A stretch of 31,618 bases of DNA from Elusimicrobiota bacterium (GTDB taxonomy: Bacteria > CG03 > SLGR01 > JBDRKX01). A program made the translations under genes and the position numbers. Positions 9,033 to 18,199 of this stretch are shown here, in pieces (the stretch's first letter is position 1; every line of letters begins with the position of its first letter). The notes beneath the pieces are model-generated. The model saw nothing but the letters and a program-made list of their open reading frames with translations, was not told the DNA's origin and made no database searches. The stretch spans positions 1 through 31,618 of the forward strand of contig JBDRKX010000042.1 in NCBI GenBank assembly GCA_043813605.1, in the 5' to 3' direction.

Positions 9033-10376
9033 GTGAAATACACACCGCATACAGCCGAAGATATAAAGAAGATGCTTGATACAATAGGCGCCGTATCGGT
9101 AGAAGATCTTTTCTCCGATATCCCGGCAGGACTCAGGACAAAATCGTTCGACCTGCCTGAAGGCGCCGGTGAATCCCAGACCATGGATTATTTCAGAAAA
9201 CTGGCCGATACATATTCTGACGGACTTATCAGTTTTACCGGCGGAGGTTTTTATGATCATTATATCCCGTCTGCTGTTAATGCCCTTTCATCTCTGCCTG
9301 AGTTCTATACGGCGTATACGCCCTATCAGCCGGAAGCTTCACAGGGGACACTCCAGTCGCTTTATGAATATCAGAGCGCAATATGCCGGCTGACCGGGAT
9401 GGAAGCTTCAAACGCTTCAGTATATGACGGAGGTACTGCTATTGCGGAAGCTGTACTTATGGCCCTGAAAATAACCCGGCGCAGAAAAATCATCATAGAC
9501 AGTTGTGTAAATCCGATATACAGGCATATCTTACAAACATATACTGAATACCTTGACTGTCAGATCATTGAGATCGAAGATGCAGGTCTTTCCATGGACA
9601 GAGAAAAATGTAAACTCCTGCTTGATAGCGATACTGCGGCAGTTGTGTTCCAGAATCCTAATTTTTTCGGGACATTGGATGACTATTCGGATATTACCGC
9701 CATGGCGCATGATAACGGCTCGCTCGCTATAGCTTCAGTCTACCCGGTGTCGCTGGGATCACTCAAAACGCCCCGTGAAATGAACGCAGACATAGCCGCC
9801 GGTGAAGCTCAAAGCCTGGGAAATCCGCTTAATTTCGGCGGCCCTTATCTGGGATTCATGGCAACCAGAGAGAAGTATATACGCCATCTTCCCGGCAGGA
9901 TAGCCGGAGAAACAACTGACAGTGACGGCCGGAGGGCTTTTGTGCTGACATTGCAGGCCAGGGAACAGCATATAAAACGGCATAGAGCTACTTCAAATAT
10001 ATGTACAAACCAGAACATGTGCGCTCTCAGGGCGCTGATATTTCTTTCATGTCTGGGAAAAACAGGATTCAGAGAACTTGCCCTGCTCAATCACGACAAA
10101 GCGCATTATGCTTCCGGCCTTCTATCAGAAATACCGGGCGTTTATGTATGTAATCCAAAAGGATTCTTCAATGAATTCACACTGGAACTTGGAACCGATT
10201 CGGCAAAATTGTATAAGAGTATGCTGAAAAAAGGATTTTCCGCAGGATTGCCGCTCGGAAATTTTTATAATAATATGCATACAAAACTGCTTGTCTGCTT
10301 TACGGAAAAAACCGATAAAGACCGCATTCACAGTTTTGTCGACACATTCATGGAAACCTTATCAGGGACATCATGA
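9033..10376 (+). CDS. gcvPA: Glycine dehydrogenase (decarboxylating) subunit 1
   Basis: EFYTAYTPYQPEASQGTLQ, NASVYDG, FGGPYLG, LQAREQHI...ATSNICTNQ. GTG start with AGGAG SD. Confidence 0.96.
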   Translation: MKYTPHTAEDIKKMLDTIGAVSVEDLFSDIPAGLRTKSFDLPEGAGESQTMDYFRKLADTYSDGLISFTGGGFYDHYIPSAVNALSSLPEFYTAYTPYQPEASQGTLQSLYEYQSAICRLTGMEASNASVYDGGTAIAEAVLMALKITRRRKIIIDSCVNPIYRHILQTYTEYLDCQIIEIEDAGLSMDREKCKLLLDSDTAAVVFQNPNFFGTLDDYSDITAMAHDNGSLAIASVYPVSLGSLKTPREMNADIAAGEAQSLGNPLNFGGPYLGFMATREKYIRHLPGRIAGETTDSDGRRAFVLTLQAREQHIKRHRATSNICTNQNMCALRALIFLSCLGKTGFRELALLNHDKAHYASGLLSEIPGVYVCNPKGFFNEFTLELGTDSAKLYKSMLKKGFSAGLPLGNFYNNMHTKLLVCFTEKTDKDRIHSFVDTFMETLSGTS

Positions 10377-11833
10377 AACTCATATACGAAAAATCATCAA
10401 AAGGAAGACGTGGATTCACATACGGCCGTTCGGACATACCGCAGGCACCCGGCATATCCGAAGAATATTGCCGCAGTAAGGATGCGGATCTCCCTGAACT
10501 GAGCGAACTTGAAGTTGTCAGGCATTTCACAAGGTTATCCAATCTAAATTATTCCGTAGACACGAATTTCTATCCTTTAGGTTCATGTACAATGAAATAT
10601 AATCCTAAAGTGCTTGAAGACATATCGGTTCTTGAAGGTTTCACGCAGCTTCACCCCTACTGGCCGCTGCTTGACGGCGAAAATGATATCACACAGGGAG
10701 CGCTGCGGGTACTCTATGAACTCCAGGTCAGGCTCGCAGGTATAACGGGTATGGATGATGTCACCCTTCAGCCTCTTGCAGGAGCCCACGGAGAACTGGC
10801 TGGAATGCTTATTATCAGAGCATATCATTCCTCACGCGGCGAAACCAGGAAATACGTTATTGTCCCGGATGAATCGCACGGTACTAATCCTGCTTCTGCT
10901 TCAATGGCAGGATACGAGGTTATAACCATACCTACTTCTTCAGACGGACAGATGGATATAACAGCGCTTAAAGAGAACCTGACATCGGACACGGCCGCTG
11001 TGATAATGACATGTCCGAATACACTCGGTATATTCGATACAAATATCAGCGAGATATGTTCCCTGGCACATTCAAAGGGGGCTGTCATGTATTGTGACGG
11101 CGCGAATATGAACGCTATCCTGGGCAAGGTCAGACCGGGCGATATCGGTTTCGATATAGTACATATAAACCTTCATAAGACATTCGCTACTCCGCACGGC
11201 GGAGGCGGACCCGGAGCCGGACCGGTTGCAGTCAAAAGCGGTTTTAAGGATTTCCTCCCGGTACCGAAGATCTACCGTACCGACGAAGGCCGGTATGCTG
11301 TTGAGCAGGTTAATTACAGGTCAATAGGAAGAATATCTCCTTTTTACGGGAATTTCTCAGTACTGTTAAAAGCATACGCGTATATAACACTGCTGGGAAA
11401 AGACGGGCTGATCGACGCGGGAGAAAAAGCCGTACTGAATGCCAATTACCTCATGACACTGCTTAAGGAGCATTATGAACTGCCGTATAACAGAAGATGT
11501 ATGCATGAGTTTGTACTCTCTGCAGTATCACGGGAAAACCCGCAGGTCAGGGCCGTTGATATTGCCAAGTACCTGATCGACCGCGGATTTCATCCGCCTA
11601 CAGTCTATTTCCCGCTCATAGTAAAAGAAGCCATGATGATCGAACCGACTGAAACGGAGTCAAAAGAAACTCTTGACTCGTTTGCCGAAGCCATGATCGA
11701 CGCAGCGCGCCTGAGAAACGAGGACCCGGAAAAACTTATGGATTCTCCGCGCACCAGGTGCATAAAACGGCCTGACGAGACCCGCGCTGCGCGGTGTCTC
11801 AATGTAAACTATTCGCCGGATAATGAAGAATAG
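10373..11833 (+). CDS. gcvPB: Glycine dehydrogenase (decarboxylating) subunit 2
   Basis: YPLGSCTMKYNP, HGTNPASA, PLP-lysine motif NLHKTFATPHGGGGPG, MIEPTETES. ATGA overlap with gcvPA. Confidence 0.97.
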   Translation: MKLIYEKSSKGRRGFTYGRSDIPQAPGISEEYCRSKDADLPELSELEVVRHFTRLSNLNYSVDTNFYPLGSCTMKYNPKVLEDISVLEGFTQLHPYWPLLDGENDITQGALRVLYELQVRLAGITGMDDVTLQPLAGAHGELAGMLIIRAYHSSRGETRKYVIVPDESHGTNPASASMAGYEVITIPTSSDGQMDITALKENLTSDTAAVIMTCPNTLGIFDTNISEICSLAHSKGAVMYCDGANMNAILGKVRPGDIGFDIVHINLHKTFATPHGGGGPGAGPVAVKSGFKDFLPVPKIYRTDEGRYAVEQVNYRSIGRISPFYGNFSVLLKAYAYITLLGKDGLIDAGEKAVLNANYLMTLLKEHYELPYNRRCMHEFVLSAVSRENPQVRAVDIAKYLIDRGFHPPTVYFPLIVKEAMMIEPTETESKETLDSFAEAMIDAARLRNEDPEKLMDSPRTRCIKRPDETRAARCLNVNYSPDNEE

Positions 11834-12611
11834 TATCAAGTGGAGGTTCATTGATACATCCTATTCCGACGGCGCGTACAATATGGCTGTAGACCAGGCG
11901 CTCTTTTCCACTTTCATTCCGGGTGAATCATTGCCGGTATTCAGATTATACGGATGGAAACCTCCTGCTGTATCCATAGGAAGATTCCAGAGAGCGGATT
12001 CTCTGCTGGATCTCGATGAATGTTATTCAAGAGGTATCCAGGTTGTCAGGAGGATAACCGGAGGAGGAGCTATCTATCATTCGGATGAACTGACTTACAG
12101 TTTTGTGTGCCCCGCTGAACTCACCGGCAGAACCGGCGTAAAAGAATCCTACAGGAAATTATGCAGTTTCCTGATAAACGCTTACAGGACATTCGGCATT
12201 GAAGCCGAATACGCCGCCGATTCAGATGCCGTGATAAACCCCTGCTCCCCGAAAAACCCGCTCTGTTTTGCGGCCAATGAAGAATACGACATAACATCTA
12301 ACAGATTAAAGATAGGAGGCAATGCGCAGAAAAGGACACGCAATATAATATTCCAGCATGGTTCCATACCGCTTGAATTTGATCTTCCGGTCATAAGTTC
12401 ACTCTTTAAGATCTCAGATAAAGAAATCACTGATAATTCAACCGCTTTCTGTTCATTACATCCCGGTACTAAAAGTGAAGACCTGAAAAAAGCGCTGACT
12501 GCTTCTTTCTGCAACAACCTTGATATTGAATTCATTGAAAGCGCCCTGACCGGCATCGAACTGGAATACGCCGAGATGATAAGACCGGCCTTGATAGTGG
12601 AGGATATATGA
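11823..12611 (+). CDS. Lipoate-protein ligase A family / LipM-like octanoyltransferase
   Basis: NMAVDQAL, RLYGW, VRRITGGGAIYH, LCF, KIGGNAQ, QHGSI. No LplA C-terminal domain. Confidence 0.88.
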   Translation: MKNSIKWRFIDTSYSDGAYNMAVDQALFSTFIPGESLPVFRLYGWKPPAVSIGRFQRADSLLDLDECYSRGIQVVRRITGGGAIYHSDELTYSFVCPAELTGRTGVKESYRKLCSFLINAYRTFGIEAEYAADSDAVINPCSPKNPLCFAANEEYDITSNRLKIGGNAQKRTRNIIFQHGSIPLEFDLPVISSLFKISDKEITDNSTAFCSLHPGTKSEDLKKALTASFCNNLDIEFIESALTGIELEYAEMIRPALIVEDI

Positions 12612-13495
12612 CCGTCACAAAGGTTCTGACAGCTGAAAATAAGCAGGACAGACGTCCTCCGTGGCTCACCCGCAAGATCATACTGCGTCAAAAAGAAAGA
12701 ACTGCCAGGATCCTTGCCGGCCTGAACATAAATACTGTCTGTTCCAATACCATGTGTCCCAATATATCTGAATGCTACGGGAGGTCACAGGCAGCTTTTC
12801 TCATACTTGGCAATATATGCACGCGCGGATGCGGGTTCTGCAGCATGGCGGCCGGGATCCCGTTACCTCCCGAAAAAGACGAGCCTGAACGCATAGCGGC
12901 CGCCGCCGGGCGTCTCGGTCTTAGCCATGTGGTAGTAACCAGCCCGACAAGAGACGACCTCGAAGACGGAGGAGCGTATCTTTTTTCTGATGTTGTCTGT
13001 AAAATCAGAAGTTCAAAATGCGCAGATTCGATTGAACTGCTTATACCGGATTTCTGTGGAAACACCGGATCTCTTGATACAATAATGGCATCTGAACCGG
13101 ATATCATAGGCCATAATATTGAAACAGTCAGGCGTCTGTACAATATACGTAAAGGTGCAGACTACCAAAGATCCCTGGATCTGCTGGATTACGTAAGCAA
13201 TACATCCCGCAGCATTAAAGTCAAATCCGCGCTGATGTTAGGGCTCGGCGAAACACCGGAGGAAATACTGGAAACATTCGATGATCTGCTCCATTCCGGC
13301 TGTCGTTACCTGGCGATCGGCCAGTATCTTCCTCCGGGCAGGAACTTCTATCCGGTCAGAGAGTATATAAGGCCGGAAAAATTCGAGCATTACAGGAAAA
13401 GAGCGCTGTCGCTTGGGTTCCTCTACGTAGAGAGCGGCCCATATGTAAGGAGTTCCTATAACGCGGACAGATATATGCAGCGGAGGCAGATATGA
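12608..13495 (+). CDS. lipA: Lipoyl synthase (radical SAM)
   Basis: Cx4Cx5C (CSNTMCPNISEC), CxxxCxxC (CTRGCGFC), HNIETV and C-terminal RSSY. Confidence 0.96.
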   Translation: MTVTKVLTAENKQDRRPPWLTRKIILRQKERTARILAGLNINTVCSNTMCPNISECYGRSQAAFLILGNICTRGCGFCSMAAGIPLPPEKDEPERIAAAAGRLGLSHVVVTSPTRDDLEDGGAYLFSDVVCKIRSSKCADSIELLIPDFCGNTGSLDTIMASEPDIIGHNIETVRRLYNIRKGADYQRSLDLLDYVSNTSRSIKVKSALMLGLGETPEEILETFDDLLHSGCRYLAIGQYLPPGRNFYPVREYIRPEKFEHYRKRALSLGFLYVESGPYVRSSYNADRYMQRRQI

Positions 13496-14844
13496 AAAAC
13501 TTCGACTATGTGATAATCGGCGGCGGCCCTGCCGGCTGCAAAGCCGCCATGCGCCTGGCAGATAAAGGCGGAACGGTATGCATCATAGAAGAACGCGAAA
13601 ACGGCATGGGCGGGACATGTCTCAACGAAGGCTGTATCCCGGTAAAATCGATCCTTCATATTGCTTCGACTTTCAGCCGTATGAAAGAGTTTACAGACAA
13701 CCGGCATATAGATGCAGAAAGAATCGCTGTCCGCGTAAAAGAAAACACTGCGACCCTCAGAAACGGGCTGCTGTTTACCCTGAAAAATAAAGGGATCGTG
13801 ATCATCCCGGGCAGAGCATCATTCATCAATGATAATACTGTTGAGATAAACTGCCCGGACGGTTCAGAAAGAATAAGCGCAAAGGCTTTTCTCATTGCAA
13901 CAGGCTCTTTGCCGCGAAAACTTACCGGTGTCAAATACAGCGCCAGGATACTGGACAGTAAGAGCATGCTTGATTCTTTCTATATACCGGATGATATTCT
14001 TATTATAGGAGGGGGTTATATAGGTTGTGAGTTTGCTTCTCTCTTCAGCTTGCTGGGAACAAAGGTCACCCTGATGGAAACATGCTCCAGTATCCTGCCG
14101 GGCGAAGACGCGGATATTTCAAAAGCCCTTTCCAGGTCTTTCAAAAAACAGTCGATAAGGATGATCACGGGAGCCGAAGTCAGCTATGTATCTGATAATG
14201 GCAACGGAGTATCAATATCTTATACGAAAAAGGCCTTTGTGAAACCTGAAACGGTATCTTTCGGCACAGTTCTTGTTTCAGTGGGAAGAGTGCCGTTTTC
14301 TACCGGGCTGGGACTTGATAATGCAGGTATAGATACTGAAAACGGTTTTATCCGGACAGACGATAATATGCAGACTGCCCGCAGCAATATTTACGCGGCC
14401 GGAGATGTAATAAACAGCGTCATGTTCGCCCATGCCGCATACAGGGAAGCGATGAATGCCGCTTTGTCCATGTCCGGTGAAACCTGCATGCCTGTTGATT
14501 ATTCCAAAGTGCCCAGAATAGTATTCACATCACCTCAGACAGCTGCGACCGGTATCACTGCCGAAGAGGCCGGGGATAAAGGCATAGATGTGAGGTGTTA
14601 TAAGGCGTTCTTCAAGGCAAATGCCAGGGCTGTAATATCACAACAGACCGACGGTTTCTTAAAACTTGTTTTTGAATCGAAATACGGCAGGTTGATCGGC
14701 GCATCAGCCGTCGGCCCGGAAGTTTCCGAACTGATACATACACTTAATCTGGCTGTTTCAAAGGGTTTAACGCAGGAAGATCTTCAGAATACGGTATTCG
14801 GGCATCCCACCTACTCGGAGATCATCCAGGATACGCTGACCTAA
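13492..14844 (+). CDS. lpdA: Dihydrolipoyl dehydrogenase (GCS L protein)
   Basis: GGGPAG FAD motif, redox disulfide GGTCLNEGCIP, GGGYIGCE, C-terminal HPTYSE. Confidence 0.93.
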   Translation: MKNFDYVIIGGGPAGCKAAMRLADKGGTVCIIEERENGMGGTCLNEGCIPVKSILHIASTFSRMKEFTDNRHIDAERIAVRVKENTATLRNGLLFTLKNKGIVIIPGRASFINDNTVEINCPDGSERISAKAFLIATGSLPRKLTGVKYSARILDSKSMLDSFYIPDDILIIGGGYIGCEFASLFSLLGTKVTLMETCSSILPGEDADISKALSRSFKKQSIRMITGAEVSYVSDNGNGVSISYTKKAFVKPETVSFGTVLVSVGRVPFSTGLGLDNAGIDTENGFIRTDDNMQTARSNIYAAGDVINSVMFAHAAYREAMNAALSMSGETCMPVDYSKVPRIVFTSPQTAATGITAEEAGDKGIDVRCYKAFFKANARAVISQQTDGFLKLVFESKYGRLIGASAVGPEVSELIHTLNLAVSKGLTQEDLQNTVFGHPTYSEIIQDTLT

Positions 14845-14874
14845 GGGGGAAATACCCGGGACCTTAAATCCCGA

Positions 14875-15261
14875 TCACTTGCTCAGGATTTCTGTTATCT
14901 TGGTGAGCAGCCTGTCCGTTTTCACGGGTTTTATAACGTATCCTACCGCGCCGCTTGCAAATGCTTTTTCCACATCCGATCCCAATTGTTCAGAAGTACA
15001 CATTATAATCGGTATCGGCGCTGTCTTGGCATCCCTTTTCAACACCTGACATGTTGCGACACCGTCCATTCCCGGCATTGTCACATCCAGTAATATAATA
15101 TCAGGACTACCGCTCTTCGCAAGTTTGATACCCTCCTCGCCGCTGTATGCCAGTAGTACTTTGTATCCGGCTGATTCAAGTATGTTTTTATTAGTAAGCT
15201 GAATTAATTTAGAATCATCTATTGATAATACTTTTATCTTAGCCTCTCCGAATAATCCCAT
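14875..15261 (-). CDS. Single-domain response regulator (CheY-like receiver)
   Basis: IDDS, LLDVTMP (phospho-Asp), CTS and IKP. GGAGG SD. Confidence 0.9.
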   Translation of the reverse strand: MGLFGEAKIKVLSIDDSKLIQLTNKNILESAGYKVLLAYSGEEGIKLAKSGSPDIILLDVTMPGMDGVATCQVLKRDAKTAPIPIIMCTSEQLGSDVEKAFASGAVGYVIKPVKTDRLLTKITEILSK

Positions 15262-15271
15262 ATATTCCTCC

Positions 15272-15757
15272 TCAGAGTTTTTCCATACCGAATCTTTTTG
15301 ATCTTATGATCAGTTCCCCTGTTGATGTATTGAACTCCACTGTCCTCCCGTGTGTACCCCCGGTACTCTCACCTGCAATCGTTATGTTTTCTCCCTCCAG
15401 GATCATCTTAGCTGCATCTACATTCCTCAGCCCTATATTACTGATAAGCTTTGAATCCAGAGATGTGAACATGCTCGCCCCGCCGATTATGTAAGACCTG
15501 TAGCGGCTCTTAATTCCTCCCTTTTCCTTCATCCTGTTAAGCAGTTCCCTTATCCCCGTATCCGCGCATTTAGCCGGATTGGATACCGAATGCACCATTG
15601 AAGAATCAGCATGCATTATATGAGCGAGGCCGCCGAGTTTTTTTACAGGATCGTATATTATAACCGCAATACACGAACCGAGGCTGGATGTCGTAATCAC
15701 GGAATTATTCTCCGCTATACCCAGATCCCCTATACCTACTCTGTATATTTCCGACAT
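15272..15757 (-). CDS. cheD: Chemoreceptor glutamine deamidase CheD
   Basis: SLGSCIAV, GGLAHIM, GGASMF, IGLRNV, GGTHGRTVEF. Confidence 0.95.
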   Translation of the reverse strand: MSEIYRVGIGDLGIAENNSVITTSSLGSCIAVIIYDPVKKLGGLAHIMHADSSMVHSVSNPAKCADTGIRELLNRMKEKGGIKSRYRSYIIGGASMFTSLDSKLISNIGLRNVDAAKMILEGENITIAGESTGGTHGRTVEFNTSTGELIIRSKRFGMEKL

Positions 15758-15760
15758 CTT

Positions 15761-16378
15761 CTATTCTATTCCCATTTTCTTAAACATAAGACTGATAGAT
15801 TCCTTATTAGGGAAGATAAGGAAATTCCCGTCTATCTCTACATTGCTGACACTGAATTTAGTCTTTACTATCAGCGCATAATCGGACACCTCGGATATCT
15901 CTATGAGTATAAAATCTATTATTGCGCCGAGCATGTCTTCTGCAAAATGCGGTATTGAAGGAAAAGTGTTCACTTCCATCATTTCCGCCATTATGTTGAG
16001 GTATGTATTGGTAAGTATATTCCCCATTTCTTTTAACGCTGATTTGCCGAGTTCTGATAAGTACTCCGTTTCCGTTGAATCTTCACCCACAAGCAGGCCT
16101 GCGAGTGTATACGCGCTATTCTTGCTGAAAGCCAGCAGTACGCTTCCCGATATATCGCCGAGCATCTTAAGGTAAAGCCCCACTATTTCGGATTCACCGC
16201 CGCCCAGATATTCCGATACTTCCTGGAAGGGGATGAGTTTTACATCTGGGACAGTAATACCTATCTCTTTATCAACCATCTGCTCCAATGCGAAAGTCGC
16301 CTTTTGGATACCAAGACTTGTTACCTCTTTAAGTGTATTGTACTGTATTTCAGTAAGTTTATATTTTTCCTCAGTCAT
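15761..16378 (-). CDS. cheC: CheY-P phosphatase CheC
   Basis: ITVPDV, SALKEMGNIL, DMLGAII and NFLIFP. Adjacent to cheD. Confidence 0.92.
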   Translation of the reverse strand: MTEEKYKLTEIQYNTLKEVTSLGIQKATFALEQMVDKEIGITVPDVKLIPFQEVSEYLGGGESEIVGLYLKMLGDISGSVLLAFSKNSAYTLAGLLVGEDSTETEYLSELGKSALKEMGNILTNTYLNIMAEMMEVNTFPSIPHFAEDMLGAIIDFILIEISEVSDYALIVKTKFSVSNVEIDGNFLIFPNKESISLMFKKMGIE

Positions 16379-16380
16379 TG

Positions 16381-16983
16381 CTACTCCTTTGCACTACTTA
16401 CGTCTAACAACGCAGCTTTGAGCATTTTATCCGGGAATATATACATATCACCATTCACAACAATGTCTGTTTTTTTGATTTTCCATGCTATATCCACAAC
16501 CGGCAATTCCGGATCCTGAGTGTCTATATTTATAATATCCAGAATAGATCCCAATGTGCCTGTTGCCAACCGGGGCATAGCCAGAATTAATCTATTTAAA
16601 GTCATTTTACTCACTACATGCATATACGCAGTTGCGAGAATATTACCTATCTCCTTCAGCTGAGTTTCCCCGGACGCGGAAAGTCTGCCTGCGGCTGTTC
16701 CGTCTTCTGTAAACATTGACACCAGACTCAATGCAGCTGAATTTGTCATATTGATAACAACATAACCCGCTGCATCACCGAAGACACGAAAATATAAAAC
16801 TGTAATATCCTTATTAAGAGATTTAATATCGCTGATCTTAAGCAGATCCGTACTGCTTATTATAACCTTGATATCCTGTTCAAACATCTGGGTGTAAACA
16901 GTGGCGCTGTTACCGGCGCATATATTACCGTATTCCTTAAAAGCATCATTCTGCATATCTGTAAGTCTTATTTTACTGTCCAT
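16381..16983 (-). CDS. cheC: Second CheC-family phosphatase
   Basis: Two ExGN sites (DAFKEYGNI, QLKEIGNILATAY); same size and pattern as the neighbouring CheC. Confidence 0.85.
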   Translation of the reverse strand: MDSKIRLTDMQNDAFKEYGNICAGNSATVYTQMFEQDIKVIISSTDLLKISDIKSLNKDITVLYFRVFGDAAGYVVINMTNSAALSLVSMFTEDGTAAGRLSASGETQLKEIGNILATAYMHVVSKMTLNRLILAMPRLATGTLGSILDIINIDTQDPELPVVDIAWKIKKTDIVVNGDMYIFPDKMLKAALLDVSSAKE

Positions 16984-16989
16984 CTGAAT

Positions 16990-17355
16990 TTACCCCGAAT
17001 ACCTGCTTATTGCTGACAGCAGATCTTTCTTTTCCACCGGCTTCCTGAACCATTGAACAGCATTCAGTTTTTGCGCTGCCGCTTTTATCTCTCCTTCGTC
17101 TTTTGATGATAGAATAATAACAGGTATCTTACCTGCAGGAAGCACTTCCTTCTGCTGAAACATACCCATGACCTTTTCCCCGTTTATCAGAGGCAGTTGT
17201 AAGTCCAGCAGTATCAGATCGGGCGGTTCATTAACCATTTCATTTACCATATCAAAACCGGTTGCAGCACTGAATACTTCATATCCGGCTTCCTCCAGCA
17301 TTTTTGTCAAAACTTCCCTGTAGTCCCGATCATCTTCTAAAACAGCTATTTTCAT
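16990..17355 (-). CDS. Single-domain response regulator (receiver)
   Basis: LEDD, LLDLQLP, LSS and RKP. AGGAGG SD. Confidence 0.9.
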   Translation of the reverse strand: MKIAVLEDDRDYREVLTKMLEEAGYEVFSAATGFDMVNEMVNEPPDLILLDLQLPLINGEKVMGMFQQKEVLPAGKIPVIILSSKDEGEIKAAAQKLNAVQWFRKPVEKKDLLSAISRYSG

Positions 17356-17422
17356 TATTGCCTCCTGGCGGTTTTAGCCATATTATCATTATACTCCTGT
17401 CTTTATCACCGGCTGTCCATTC

Positions 17423-18166
17423 TTATTCATCCATATTTTCCCTGGCAACCCCTACTATTCCGGCAATATTCTTATTTTTATCCTTCAGGACACTTCCGTT
17501 AAACAGCAGCCGCTTCATGTTTTTGTCCTTATCAATCAATTCTATCCGGAAATTATTGAGTTTATTCTGCTTGAAAATTTCTTCCAGGAATGCTTTCCAG
17601 AAACCATCCTCCATAACAGTATCTACGGTATTATTTACCAGACCGCCTTTTTCATAACCGAGATAGCGCTCTGTGGCCATGTTAATGTTGGTTATGATCC
17701 CGGAATCATAATTCATTACAAGAAGTATGTATACAAGTTTGCCGTCCCTGTTCTTTTCCTTGAGTTCATCCATCAGGATTTTATTCTGAGTCTGAGAGCA
17801 ATAGTTGTCAATGGCCTGTTTTACAGCTGTTATCAGTTCTTCTTTCTTTACGGGTTTTGTAAGATATGCGAAAGCGCCGTGTTCCAGTGTCTTGATTGCG
17901 CTGTCGATGGAAGAATAAGCAGTATTCATTATCACCTGAGAATCAGGATGTTTTTCTTTGATCTCCTCAAGGAGTTCGACACCGTCTATACCCGGCATCT
18001 TTATATCGAGCAGTATTACAGGATATGCATTCCTCTCGAGTTCAGCCATAACATTCGTTGCTTTTGTAATACCCGTTATTTCATAACCCTCTCTTTCAAG
18101 TATAAAGGAAAAATACTTTATGATTTCCGGGGTATCATCAATTATGAGGATTTTCTTTTCATTCAT
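17423..18166 (-). CDS. Response regulator with receiver plus PAS domain and no recognisable output domain
   Basis: IDDT, LLDIKMP, NTA and TKP, then a PAS-like segment (INMATERYLGY...KDKNKNIAGIVGVARE). Confidence 0.85.
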   Translation of the reverse strand: MNEKKILIIDDTPEIIKYFSFILEREGYEITGITKATNVMAELERNAYPVILLDIKMPGIDGVELLEEIKEKHPDSQVIMNTAYSSIDSAIKTLEHGAFAYLTKPVKKEELITAVKQAIDNYCSQTQNKILMDELKEKNRDGKLVYILLVMNYDSGIITNINMATERYLGYEKGGLVNNTVDTVMEDGFWKAFLEEIFKQNKLNNFRIELIDKDKNMKRLLFNGSVLKDKNKNIAGIVGVARENMDE

Positions 18167-18199
18167 TTTTCTTCCTTCCTTTTTCTATCATTATTTACA

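Noticed and set aside
14857..14873. Terminator between the convergent lpdA and the last che receiver
   Set aside because: Only a 5-bp stem (CGGGA/TCCCG) with no U-tract on either strand, too weak to call.
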